Part shown: positions 1 to 11,256 of the stretch, piece by piece
Layout: each line of letters starts with the position of its first letter
Numbering within the stretch: the stretch's first letter is position 1
Assembly: GCA_021432655.1 (NCBI GenBank)
Contig: MU271289.1
Span: 62,001 to 101,887, forward strand
DNA: 39,887 nucleotides
Origin: Atractiella rhizophila
Taxonomy: Eukaryota
Direction: 5' to 3'
The notes under the pieces: generated by a model
What the model was told of the DNA's origin: nothing
Seen by the model: the letters and a program-made list of their open reading frames with translations, nothing else
Database searches by the model: none
Translations under genes and position numbers: made by a program

Positions 1-1798
1 AGAGAGAGTGACCTGCGACGGATGTGCAACAACCATCGTGACGGGTTATTGGGTTTGTAAGCTGTGTGGAAGAAGTTTTTGTCTAGATTGCAAGCAACGG
101 TTGCTTCAAGAGCATGGGATGATTGAGAAAGGGAAGAGGAAGAAGCCGGCCAAGTCTAGGGGGAAAACAGTAGGGGAACGAACCGAACTCGTGGTTGATT
201 CTACTTTCTGCCGATTGCAGGAGTGCCTTGACAAACAGACGCATGACGAATCCACGCTCCTCCCTTTCACTTCCATCACGATGAAGGATATACACCAGCT
301 ACTCGAAGAAGTTACTAACTACCTCTCTTCTGTTAATTTTCTCGACGCTGGTTTTTCAGCCCTTCATCTTCCCCCATCGATTGAACGCGTGGATCCTCAC
401 CCTGGAGAAGTTGAACCGTATTACTTGATGCGCATGGAAACCTTTTCCATGCAGCATTTTCGTCAGATCTGGGAGATGCGGCCCGCGCCCCCAGTCGTGG
501 TACAGGGGATCGAGTTCGGGGAGAATTGGTCGATGAGGGAGTTGAGTGATTTGTATGGCGATCAAGATGTCGATGTGATGGAGACTCAATCGGGGGAAGA
601 GTGGGAAGGACACCTTCGGGATGTCCTGGAGGAGATGCGTAAACCTGAGAGGGTAAAAAACATGATCCTACGCGTCAAAGTAGGTCTTCCATCTTTACTT
701 AACATTTTTGAGGCGACATTGTTTTGAAAGAGCTATGGTTTGTGTAGGACTGGCCGAAGGAACGCTTTTCAGAAGCTGAAGGCCTTGAAGAGATGTACCG
801 AGAGTTGACTGAGGTTCTTCCTGCTCCAGAGTAAGCGATCTGTGTGACCATTGGCGAGGTTGACACTCGACAGATACACGCTTGAATATGGGACACTAAA
901 TATTCTCAGCTACTTGCCGAAAAACTATTTGACTCCAGACATTGGAGCCAGGTGCATTCTCAATGGTTTTGCTGATATCTAGCTCTGATGCTGTTGAAGG
1001 TTCGATTTTGCGTTAGGATCCTCACTTCAAGAAGGGACGAATGGAACAAGCAAGTTGCGAGTCGATGCCGCAGATGAAGGTGATCATGCGAACCCTCACA
1101 TTGCCAGACTCACTAAGCATTGCTCTAGTGAACATCATGGTTTATTCTTTGCCCGTTAGTGGAACTCGAGGCACGACAGTGTGGGACATCTTTCCTATTG
1201 AGGAGACACCAAAGGTGAGTATTACTTAGCAGTTTGTTGGCTTGGAAATTTAGTGTTCAATTAGCTCCGAGCATACCTGCGTACCATCCAAGCTGAAGAA
1301 AATTTTTGCTCCATTTCGCACGCGGAATCAAATTTGGACGACCCCATTCTTTCTGTACAGTTCTATCTGGACTCAACAAAGCTGAAAATTTTGGACGAAA
1401 AGTACGACATCAAGAGGTATAGGATCTACCAGCAACCGGGAGATGCCATCTTCATACCTGCAGGTTGCCCGAAGCAGGTACGTTCCACTTGTCGAGGCTA
1501 TCTGCTTGGCGTGGGATGACATCTGGCTGGAAAAGTCGTGCAATCTTTCGAACGCAGCCAACATATTCACAAACTTCATTCCGCCTTGTACCGTGTCCAC
1601 TGTTCTTGACATCACCAGACAAATGCGACAACAGGTAAGCATTTGTTATATGGTTCAAAAGGATCCTTTGTGACAAAGAGAATCTAGACCCGCGACGGGA
1701 CGACACTTGATGACGCTGTTGGGGGGAAGAGCGTGTGCCATTGGGTTTATAAAGCGTGTCAGCATTACGAGAAACTGAGAACTGAGCAGAACATGTAG
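1..1798 (+). CDS. KDM3/JMJD1-type JmjC-domain protein with Cys-rich zinc finger; 5'-incomplete, multi-exon; predicted catalytically inactive
   Basis: CDGC..CKLCGRSFCLDC zinc finger. Spliced JmjC segments DWP..F, GTSKLRVDAADEVNIMVY, TVWDIF, DPILSVQFYLD and RIYQQPGDAIFIPAGCPKQ match the KDM3 pattern. First in-frame stop in the last exon I could assign is TAG at 1796-1798. Confidence 0.85.
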
Positions 1799-2445
1799 GG
1801 GTCTGGACGTCGGATTATCTTGAACATGAATGGCGCAGCTGATTTAACCGACGAAGACTCAAGCATGGAACCCTCAATGGAAATGGCTCCCCGTTTCCAT
1901 GCTAGCAACAGTTGTGCATCACATTGCGCCGAGCACTCAGCAGAATCTCGAACAACTTCCTCCCAACATGAGATATTCCGTGACTAGACTTGTCGGGATC
2001 GTTGGGACGCAGGGTGATAGCTGGCGAAGCTGGAATGCACTCGAGCCAGGTCAAGTGAATATTTAAATGCCGAAGTTTGGACTTCAGTGCTTTCAACGGT
2101 ACAACCAAGAAGATATCAGACCGCCATCTGGATTTTGACGGTTGCTGGCTACTCTGCAGGAAAACAATATCACCATGAGCCTTCGCGCGCCATTTCGTAG
2201 TTCTCGCTTCCGCAGTGGAGCCAGATTACAGCTTCAGGTGTCAGCACATTCAGAACTTGCCAGGGACTTTTACATGGACGATACATGGACGAGACTGATA
2301 ATGTGCAAATTAGCACTGGATTCTGCCATTCTGATCCATCGGCTGCCCAGTGAGCTTCGCGCTATGTTCTGAAAACAGGCACCAGACACATAATAAGAGA
2401 TACGGTATGTATTAAACCTGAGTTATGCGTGGCGGATATTAAACC

Positions 2446-3369
2446 TCAATCATTTTTCAGCTTTGCGTCGTAGTACTCAGGATACGTTCGTCGGTACCTG
2501 AAACCCTTCAGAGTCGAGAACTAAATAGCCAAAAGATACGCACCCTAAAAGCCACTCTCCAATCAAAACTCCAACAACAACGTTCATTCCTTTTGCTATC
2601 CATAAGGGAGGCTAAATGGCACATCATAGGTCAAATATCGCTCACAGGGGATAAAAAATACACATACGTCTGCCAGGAGGACATCGGCGGAATGCAAGAA
2701 CAACAAAACTTGAAATAACGATGGTTGGACAATTGATTGCTCGCAATCTTGGAAGTAGGAATAGAGATTCCGTAGAAATCGCTCGTCGAAACTAGAAGGG
2801 CAGTTGTTGGAAGATGATTCAAAGCGAAGAATGCAAATGTTCCCACCCGTTCTCCTCGGGATCAACCCAAATATCGACTAAGAAAAGGTGTGACATAGGA
2901 GTCCCGAGCCTTGAACAGGAAATACGAACCGACCATGTCTTCCTCTGGACTATCATTCCTGCAAAAGGCAGTGAACAAACCGTCCTCTGCAGGGCGGAGA
3001 GGAAACGTACCAGAAGGTATGACGAGCCATGGCGGGCTGATGAAACAGGTCAACTCAAGTCTCAAAGGCAGTAAAGTGACTGCATACGATAACAATTTCT
3101 CCATCTTGCTCGGTCTTAGTCATTTTCTGACCGTTGAGTTTGAATCCAGCGGTTCCTCGAACGATGCGGAAGGTCTCATGTTGAAACTTGTGGAGATGGT
3201 AAGGTGGATTGTGCTTGTCCTTCTCTCCCCATGCCGAACATTTTATTGTTTCCCTGAGGACAGTATAATTACCCTCCTTAAACCACTCCACACTCCGTGA
3301 CCCTCCGAAGACAGTCAACTTGGAAGAGTGGGCGGTGGTTGATCTCTTGAAATTTGAGAAACCCAACAT
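2446..3369 (-). CDS. Cupin (RmlC-like) domain protein, multi-exon with several short exons
   Basis: Cupin motif 1 PPYHLHKFQHETFRIVRG and spliced motif 2 IVIPAMARHTFWN, followed by FDERFLRNLYSYFQDC..PSLFQVLLFL and ending LGYRRTYPEYYDAKLKND*. Confidence 0.8.
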
Positions 3370-3890
3370 GATGACGATTCGGGAATTGAACGAGTCTGGT
3401 CAAGTATTGCTTGTCAGTCAAGCCGCGGGATGGCGTTAAGTGAAAACCGCGAACCAAGCTATGAACCAAGAAGTAGCCTTTGGGATTTAAGCACGAACCT
3501 GAAGGTGGTCGTCTTGAACCCTCTGGAGCTTTCTCATCCAGCAACTGAGCAAGCATCTCCTTTTGAAAGGCTTCTGGCGGTGCACAAAAATCCTGTGCGG
3601 TCGCCTCTACCCTTGCGTTGCCCGTCCGACGTTGTTGCTGTTGTCCGGTGTGGTGGTTACAAGCGATGTCGGGCCTAGGGAAGCTCGCTCTTCGGCAAAG
3701 CAAGTGTTCATCCCTCTGTTGCACATCCATGTAGATCATGTAAAGTAAGTTGTGGAACTCAACGGCGTATGCAGAGACGGTTAGAGGGAAATTATTAGTG
3801 GTACCGCAGTGACGCCTCAAGCGACAGTGACTATTTACCTATATAATGTAAGAGCACTATTCATCTCACGGCGGAAACGCAGTCGCCACC

Positions 3891-4596
3891 ATGTCTACCA
3901 AAAGCACGGTCAAATCGATGGATATAGCATACTTTTCCATTAGCAAAGGATTTAGAAAGAGGAAGCATCGACAGGCTCTAAGTTGTGAACATTGTAGAAA
4001 ACGAAGGATGAGATGTGATCGGTACGTTGTGAACCTATTTCCTTCCGGGTGCACCATCAAGTGCTTACTGTATTTTGCATTCTCTGATGTGACAGTCAAA
4101 TACAAGTCGGTGTCCCCCGGAGTCGGATAGCAGGGTCTAACAAGAATGACAGTGTGGTTCGTGCACAACGAAGGGGCTGACATGCGTATGGGAAGGTGAG
4201 AATTTACATCTTATATATCCCCAACTCAACCTTGGAATGCAGAGGGAGTCTTTCCGTGAGTTCTGATCATATATCCGCCGCCTGGACGAGCTCAAATCTT
4301 GCAGCACGGTCAATGCTGTGGAAGACATTAACGAGTTACGGCAAACGATCACAGAGCTCCGAGCACAATTAGCAGTAAAGAGAGTGTCATCTGAAAAAGA
4401 AGAGTCACAGTCTAGTCCTAAAGCTTCCGAAGGTGGACTTTCGCCACCTTCGTCCATGAGCCCATCGATTGAAACCTGCGTGCTTGAGAAAGTGACAGAA
4501 GATGCTGTTCTTTCCGATTTTGTCCAAACCCTGTTGTCTCTAACTTTCTACAAAACCGTAAAACAGTCAAGCTCAGAATACGCCCTTGATTCTTGA
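3891..4596 (+). CDS. Short Zn(II)2Cys6 binuclear-cluster transcription factor
   Basis: Joining exons 3891-4021, 4096-4105, 4153-4195, 4243-4255 and 4305-4596 gives CEHCRKRRMRCDRQIQCGSCTTKGLTC (CX2CX6CX5CX2CX6C), then a coiled coil INELRQTITELRAQL. The 3' end could extend by further splicing. Confidence 0.85.
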
Positions 4597-5144
4597 CCAC
4601 TGTGTTTGGCACATTATATCAGTTTTGTTTAGGTTATTCTGATCCTGATACGCGGCAACTCAACACTACTCTATTCATGTAATATACACCTGGTAGCTAC
4701 TGCAGATGTTTGCTTTCAGCCTCACGCCATCAAAGCTCTACGACCCACTCTTCGGGTCTGGATATTGCCTGACCAAATGCTGGTATATAACAAGGGTAAT
4801 AGCAAGGAACGCAACGGTCCAGCTACGTCAAGGCAGAAAGCTCAATCCCCTTAAAGAAAAAATAGAGGCTCTTACAAGAACCATGTCAACGCCTGCAACT
4901 CAAGTTATTCTAAAATTTCCTCTTTGGTGACTTTCACCATCATTTTCCTGACTTCGGAACCTATGGAGAAGCAAACCATACAAACAAGTTAGCCGAACAA
5001 AAATGAAATTTTAGGAATTTGAAATATTTCATTAGCTGCCAACATTCACCAACACCCAACACAAAGATCACCAAAGAGTCCTAATCGACCTCCAACAAAC
5101 TCAGGACAAAAGCTGTCACAAATCGTCCTCCTTGCACCGGAACC

Positions 5145-6711
5145 ATGAATTCCAGTGGCATCAAACTTTTTAGTGGGACCTCGCACCCCGAACTTGCCAA
5201 CTTGATCGCCCGCCGTTTGGGCATCCCGCTTTCAAAGTCAACCGTTTCGACTTTACCTTCTGGCGAGCTAAGCATTACCCTTCGTATGGTGTTTTCATCG
5301 TCAAGCCTGAGCTGACTTTTCTATTCTGCAGACGAGAGTGTTCGAAATGCAGATGTCTACATTTTATGCACTTCTTCTTCTCCTATTACCCCTACCAATC
5401 GGTCTCTGTTTGAGCTCCTCATTATGATTCATTCCGCTAAGATAGCATCGTATGTCTGTTCCTCCTTTTCTTGACTTAAACTCAGTTTGACCTTTTTTTT
5501 ACCACACAGGGCTCATCGAATCACTGCCCTTCTTCCCATCTTCTCCTACGCTCGACAAGATAAAAAGGATAAATCCCGTGCTCCTATCACCGCCAAGCTA
5601 GTTGCAAACTTGATTCAAGGCGCAGGAGCAGATCATGTCATCGTGCGTCTTGGCGAATGCTGAATTGTCATTGTTGACAGGCCTGGGCGGCAGACGATGG
5701 ATTTGCACGCATCTCAGATCCAAGGATTCTTCTCCTTGCCAGTTGACAATCTCTATGCCGAACCAACGATGTTAAATTATATCCGATCCACAGTCGATTT
5801 GGAAAGAGCGGTTGTCGTTTCTCCCGATGCAGGAGGAGCCAAGCGGTTGGTATTCCCCTTGTCGAGAAATGCGTACGTGCTAACACAGACGATTTGTTCC
5901 TCCGCATGAATAGGGCAGCGTCCATAGCTACTCATTTAGGCATCGAATTTGCCTTGTTTCACAAGGAGAGGAAGAAGGCCAACGAAATTTCCAGGATGGT
6001 TTTGGTCGGTGATGTGAAAGGAAAGACTGCGATCATGGTCGACGATATGGTCACCTTCTCTGCTTCTTCCCCAAAGAATGAGCAGATCTGTTGATGGACG
6101 GATATGGCTAACAGGCGGACACTTGCGGTACTGTTTGTCAAGCGGCGAGACACCTGCAAGAAGCCGGTGCCACAAGCATCATCGCACTTGTGACACATGG
6201 CATCCTCTCAGGTACGTCTTTTCCCTTCCCTTCTCTGCCTGGATGATACAGGCTTCCATGGGAATAGGGAAAGCGATCCAGAACATTTCCGCATCTCCTC
6301 TCTCCCACGTTGTTGTTACAAACACCATCCCTCAAGAGGCTCACCTCATCGCTTGTCCCAAGCTCGTGGAGTTAGACATTTCTCATGTGCTTGCGGAAAC
6401 CATCCGGCGGTCCCATTACGGAGAATCGTATGTCTTCTCCTTTCCGCCCCATCCTCAAGAAAGGTGAAAATGGCGACAGGATATCCTACCTCTTCGATGC
6501 GGTACCGTTCTCTGAGAATACCTTCGGAAATCAAGGCCGCAGTCGTAGCTCGACGATGGGATTGAGCGTAGCAAGCTCGGAGGGGAAGGAGATGGTGGAT
6601 GGACTCGCACTCGGAGGTGCAGAGACGGGAGAGGGAGAAAGCGGGTTTACGATCAGGACCTTGCATGACGAGAAGGAAAAGGTGCCTGTCAAAGTAGAGG
6701 GTGGATTGTAA
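5145..6711 (+). CDS. PRS: Ribose-phosphate pyrophosphokinase (PRPP synthetase), multi-exon
   Basis: [93 protein letters not shown](I)SYLF. Confidence 0.97.
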
Positions 6712-7032
6712 GGCTCACATTATATAAGCGTTGATGAATAACGGTGTACTTGTATCTGTCTCAAGGGATTAATAGAATTTGATTACATTTCAGCTCGAAC
6801 TCGAACTTTCCTTGCAACGGCTACGAAGTCATTCCAATGCTCCTCTAGACTAGTGTCCCTAGCCACCTTCACTTAGAGATACGAATGCTGGGGATTTCTA
6901 GAGAATAATGTACTCCACCCCCAAACAACTAGTGCTCCGCGTTGGAAAGTGAAAGCTATAGTTCCATATTCATGTCTCTGTGAAACACTATCACCTTTCA
7001 AGCATGCATAGCTGTCAAGAAACTCACTAGAA

Positions 7033-9764
7033 CTACTCCCCAACAAGCCGTAATCGATTTTTGACCATTTCTCTCCGACTCCAATGCTCATCGCCGGCAA
7101 GAAAATCTGCCCTGACGACTTTCCCCCTCCTTAATACCCTCCCATTCCGTTCCCATTTGACATATACTCCTTCCCTCTTCCCATCGTAGAAGGCGGAAGC
7201 CTCTTCCGTCATGTCTTTGAGCTTTTGATTGAACGGAATCGTCTTCGCACGCAGAATAAGAGGGACAGCCCTGATACCTTCTCCTGCCTCTTCGTCCACG
7301 TGTGTATCCCTCAGTAGATCCTCAAGTAATTCTCTTGCATACCAAGTGTCGTCTTTCCGGTCATACAGGTCGAAAGCATAAAACCAGTCCTCGAGCCTGT
7401 CATATTGAATGCTGTGTTTCGCGACGAGCCATTCCCCGAAGAGAATGTAGCGTTCGAGGAAGGTATCATCTCGACCGAGGATTTTTTGGAGTTGACATGA
7501 ATGGGTGTGAAGCCATGAGGAAATGAGAGAGAATTGGGGGTGCTCCCCTGAGTGGATGTAGTGTGAGCGATTCTGGATACGAATTCCTCCAGAAGACGAG
7601 AGAGAGAACCCAAGCTGAGCCCCATCAACCTGTCCCCAACACAGTTCATTAATGCTACTTCGAACAAAGGACTAGCCACCTTTTCAGTGATGACTAATTC
7701 TGTACCATCCTCTAATTTTTCATTGATTTCAGCGTCTACCAGATCATCTTGCCCCACCGCGCCAAGGTCCAAAAGGTGGGCCGTCCTAGGAAACTTGAAA
7801 AATGCTATCTCGCCTCCATTACCCCCAAGTAATCTGACAACCTGCTCCGCCTGCTCCATGCTCCTCACAGTGATTACAGCTTTCCAGCCTTCGGCGATGG
7901 TTGGTCGCTCCAGCATTTTCGCGAAAGACCTAATAGCTACCTCCACCCTGTTCCCCGGTTGGAGGGTCGGATGGCCGCTTCTTCTTTGCGCTCTTTGGAT
8001 ACACAGGTCAAGAGAAGGATAGAAGAATATGGTTACAGGCGTCCTCGCCCAAGTTGTTAGGGAGAGGATGCGTACCCTATCTACTCTAGAAGCATTCACG
8101 CGGTCGATAATAGTTTTCCTGCTGGACATTCTCGCCATGGAAGATTCGAGATCCCCTTTTCGGAGAGAAGAGGCTTCGAATCGTGCGTCATCACCGCTCA
8201 CAATCCTCCACCTGTCTTTAGCCTGGCAAGACCGGTTGAGACGTTCCCTCACCCAGCTCTTCCCGCTCCCAGGCAACCCAACAAGGACAAGCAGATCGAC
8301 CTCTTCTCCAACAGGAGGGAGTGTACCTTCAACCTCCAACTTTGAAGTAACAGCTGTCTCTTCAACAGTCGGAAGAGGGGGAAGGATCGATCCTGTCTTC
8401 CAAGCTCTCCTTTCGACGCGACGCACGAAATCTTCCTGCTCTGTCGTCTCGATCGATTCAGGCCTCAACTGTCTGAGTAAATCAATGGCCTGAGTGGCAG
8501 TCATTGCAGGTGTGGCGCTCCGCGACGATGAAGAGCCAGTACTTATTGGGAGTCCTGTGCCGTGCAGTGAAAGATAAGCGCCGAGAACAGCGCCAGCTCT
8601 GCCCTTCCCGCCTCCACAATGAACCAACACTCCGCCTTCCTCCTCCTCAACAGCTTGAATAAATCTGCGAAGGAACAGGTCAAACTGTTCCACTGATGGC
8701 GCGCGGTAGTTTTCCACTGGTAAATAAAGCCGCTTCATACAGGTTCCATCGAACCAGCGCTCCGGGAGTGGTTGCTCTTCTGTCAACGTAACAACTGTTT
8801 CGATGCCAATTGAACGAAGGAGGCGAATGCCTTGAGCATGACGAGGAGTAGACATGCCGTACAAAGTGAACGGGATGATAGGCGAGAAGAATCGAGGAAG
8901 TTCGTTCCAGTCTTCGTAGTATTCATCTCCACGATATGAGTTTACGGATGTGGGAAGCGAAGAGGATTGTTTTCTGAGTGTGCAAACGAGCAAGCGTCTG
9001 CGAGGTTCGCTACTTTGCGGGTAGTGCGGAGTGGTCAACCAAGCGTCGCGCACTATTCTCCTAACTTCCTTCTTCCAAGGACGCAATAAGTGCCTCCTCA
9101 CTATTCGATCCATGCATCCCGTCCCATCTTCGAGCATCGCATCCAGCTCTTCCTTCTCTTCCGTCGTAAATAATGGTGGAAGGGTAGGGCAGCGAACAAT
9201 GTGCTTCAGAGAGTACCGAGTGACCTTTTCTTCTCCGTGTGCCAAAGCAAAATGGAGCGCACGTCCATAAGCCAGTATTGAGATTTTCCCACCGTAGGAA
9301 TCTCCGAGACGTATCCATGATTTAGATGAAGATGGATAGAGTGAACAGAGCAAGTTACTCGCTTGTCGCTCGTATGGAGGAGTGAGAGAAAGCGCGTCTA
9401 GTTGACTTTCGGTCCAGGTGGAAAGGAACGGCCGCGACAGCGAAGAGGTGAGGCTCCAAGGCAATGGAGTGAGTTTGAGCTGACGACGGATATGGCTCCC
9501 AAACGCATAGAGCACTTGGTGTTCGTCTTTCAGCTGGGTCGTAACCACGTGATACGTTCCTCGAGCCGATAAAGCCTCTACGTCCTGCAAAATAGATTGC
9601 AGAACTCCCCTATCGCGCAATGACAGGGAAGACGCCTCAGAAGAGGTCAGGATGGTGAGATTTAACGGTGTGGCCGACGGAATAGAGGGGGCGAAGAGTG
9701 ATACTTCGCCAGTTATATTGGAAAAGGAGATGGCGCCGTCAGTTATTGTTTGGATTGCGGACAT
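7033..9764 (-). CDS. Multidomain RNA repair protein: degenerate 2H-like N-terminus, dual-specificity (CX5R) phosphatase, P-loop polynucleotide kinase and ATP-dependent RNA ligase; about 893 aa
   Basis: HCGGGKGR at 8598-8621; GLPGSGKS at 8256-8279 with IIDRVN and RAQRRSGHPTL; FFKFPRTAHL. Removing a 50-nt GT-AG intron (7630-7679) gives ligase motif I EKVDG, then QNRS, LFGEW, YAFDLYD, EGVYVK and RGKVVR, reading in frame into the 7033-7299 ORF. Confidence 0.92.
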
Positions 9765-10074
9765 ACTGGTCTATGTTACTAGAGTCGCCAAAAGGTATGG
9801 GACTAAGCGGATGAAAGATTGACGATACTTGAAGAGAATAGAAAAGAAGACAGGGAAGAGGCCTCAGAAGAGGTCAAGATGGTGAGATTTAACGGTGTGG
9901 CCGACGGAATAGAGGGGGCGAAGAGTGATACTTCGCCGGTTATATTGGAAAAGGAGATGGCGCCGTCAGTTATTGTTTGGATTGCGGACATACTGGTCTA
10001 CGTTACTAGAGTCGCCAAAAGGTATGGGACTAAGCGGATGAAAGATTGACGATACTTGAAGAGAATAGAAAAGA
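9622..10074. repeat. Tandem direct duplication (9622-9847 and 9849-10074, period 227 bp) of the first ~47 codons and upstream sequence of the RNA-repair gene
   Basis: Direct comparison shows 4 substitutions between copies. The ORF track shows MSAIQTITDGAISF... starting at both 9764 and 9991. Confidence 0.97.
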
Positions 10075-11256
10075 CGGTGGAAAGGAGTCAGTACTGCGTC
10101 AATCCAAGTCAACTCGAAATGCTAGCGGTGCAGGAGGATTTCAGCTGTTGAGAATCATAAGTCCAACAGTGGCCATACTCTGTTATAACGCAGATGATGT
10201 CCTCTCGAGTTAGGTTAATAGAGAGTTATATTGATGGACCACAAAAAAACAAACAAGACACCCAGCAGAGGCTGCAGCTCTTCTCGTTAGTGCAAAAGGT
10301 TCTGCCCGACTGCTGTAATTGCGCTGAAATCTTTCCTCTGGTCTACTCTGGCCTCAAATTTGCCTCAGAGCGGAAGGAAAAAGGAAACAGAAGAAATGGT
10401 TCTTGTCAGGTCACGTGTCTGTTGTGACAAAGTCGGAACCGACAGTGGTCGGTTTACTTTTTGCTTTTCTGAAAATCACCCACTTGAACTGCGTTCACTT
10501 CTGCATTTCTACACATTCAACATCACACGGCTCCTATCAGAACTGTCCCCCGCGTGTATGCTACAGCCGCTTCTTGACTTGATAGAGGTTCGCACGTCCA
10601 AAATAACTCCATTGCAAACCCAGTCAGGCCTCGAATTCAGTCGTTCTGAATTGAAGAGTGCATTTGGATGGTCACCTCTTAAGGCGTCCAGCTCCGTCTC
10701 TTAGTCCATATCCTATTCCTCAGTATCCCAAGAAATTGTTGTCGCCCCTAGTCACCAGCCAGGAGCATAATTCCTCGACTGTTTCCACCAATTGTTCATC
10801 GGTTCTCTCGGAGCCTCCCGTCCTGTCCTGCAGTTGAGGGTAGCAATTCTCCGACTCAGCTGGCGCATTGTAGCTCCTGGATGCTACTGATGCAAGAAAC
10901 AGTCGACGTTGCTTAAGCTGATTCTGAGAGCGGGCAGACTCTTTCTTCCTTTTTACCTGTGCTCACGCTTCAGGCACATGACGCTGAGAGATGGACGAAG
11001 AGTTTTAATCCGATATGGCGCACAATCCCCAGCTCGCTGGTTTATTTACAGTGCTTATGCCCGATGTCACGTCTGTATTGGCAGTCACCGATAAAGAAAG
11101 AGGAGGTGGAGGAAAGGACTCTCCTCTACACAACTTAGAGTCCGAATTCGGATTACCTTGCCGCAGAGGTACAAAGTGTGTGAATCTCTCTCGCCTCCTT
11201 TCCGTCTACTCTATCGTTTAAATCTGTTTACGACGTTCCAACTTGCGAGGGAAACT

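Noticed and set aside
7311..7679. C-terminus of the 817-aa ORF as listed in the track
   Set aside because: It is read-through into the intron and the wrong frame; splicing 7630-7679 restores the ligase motifs.
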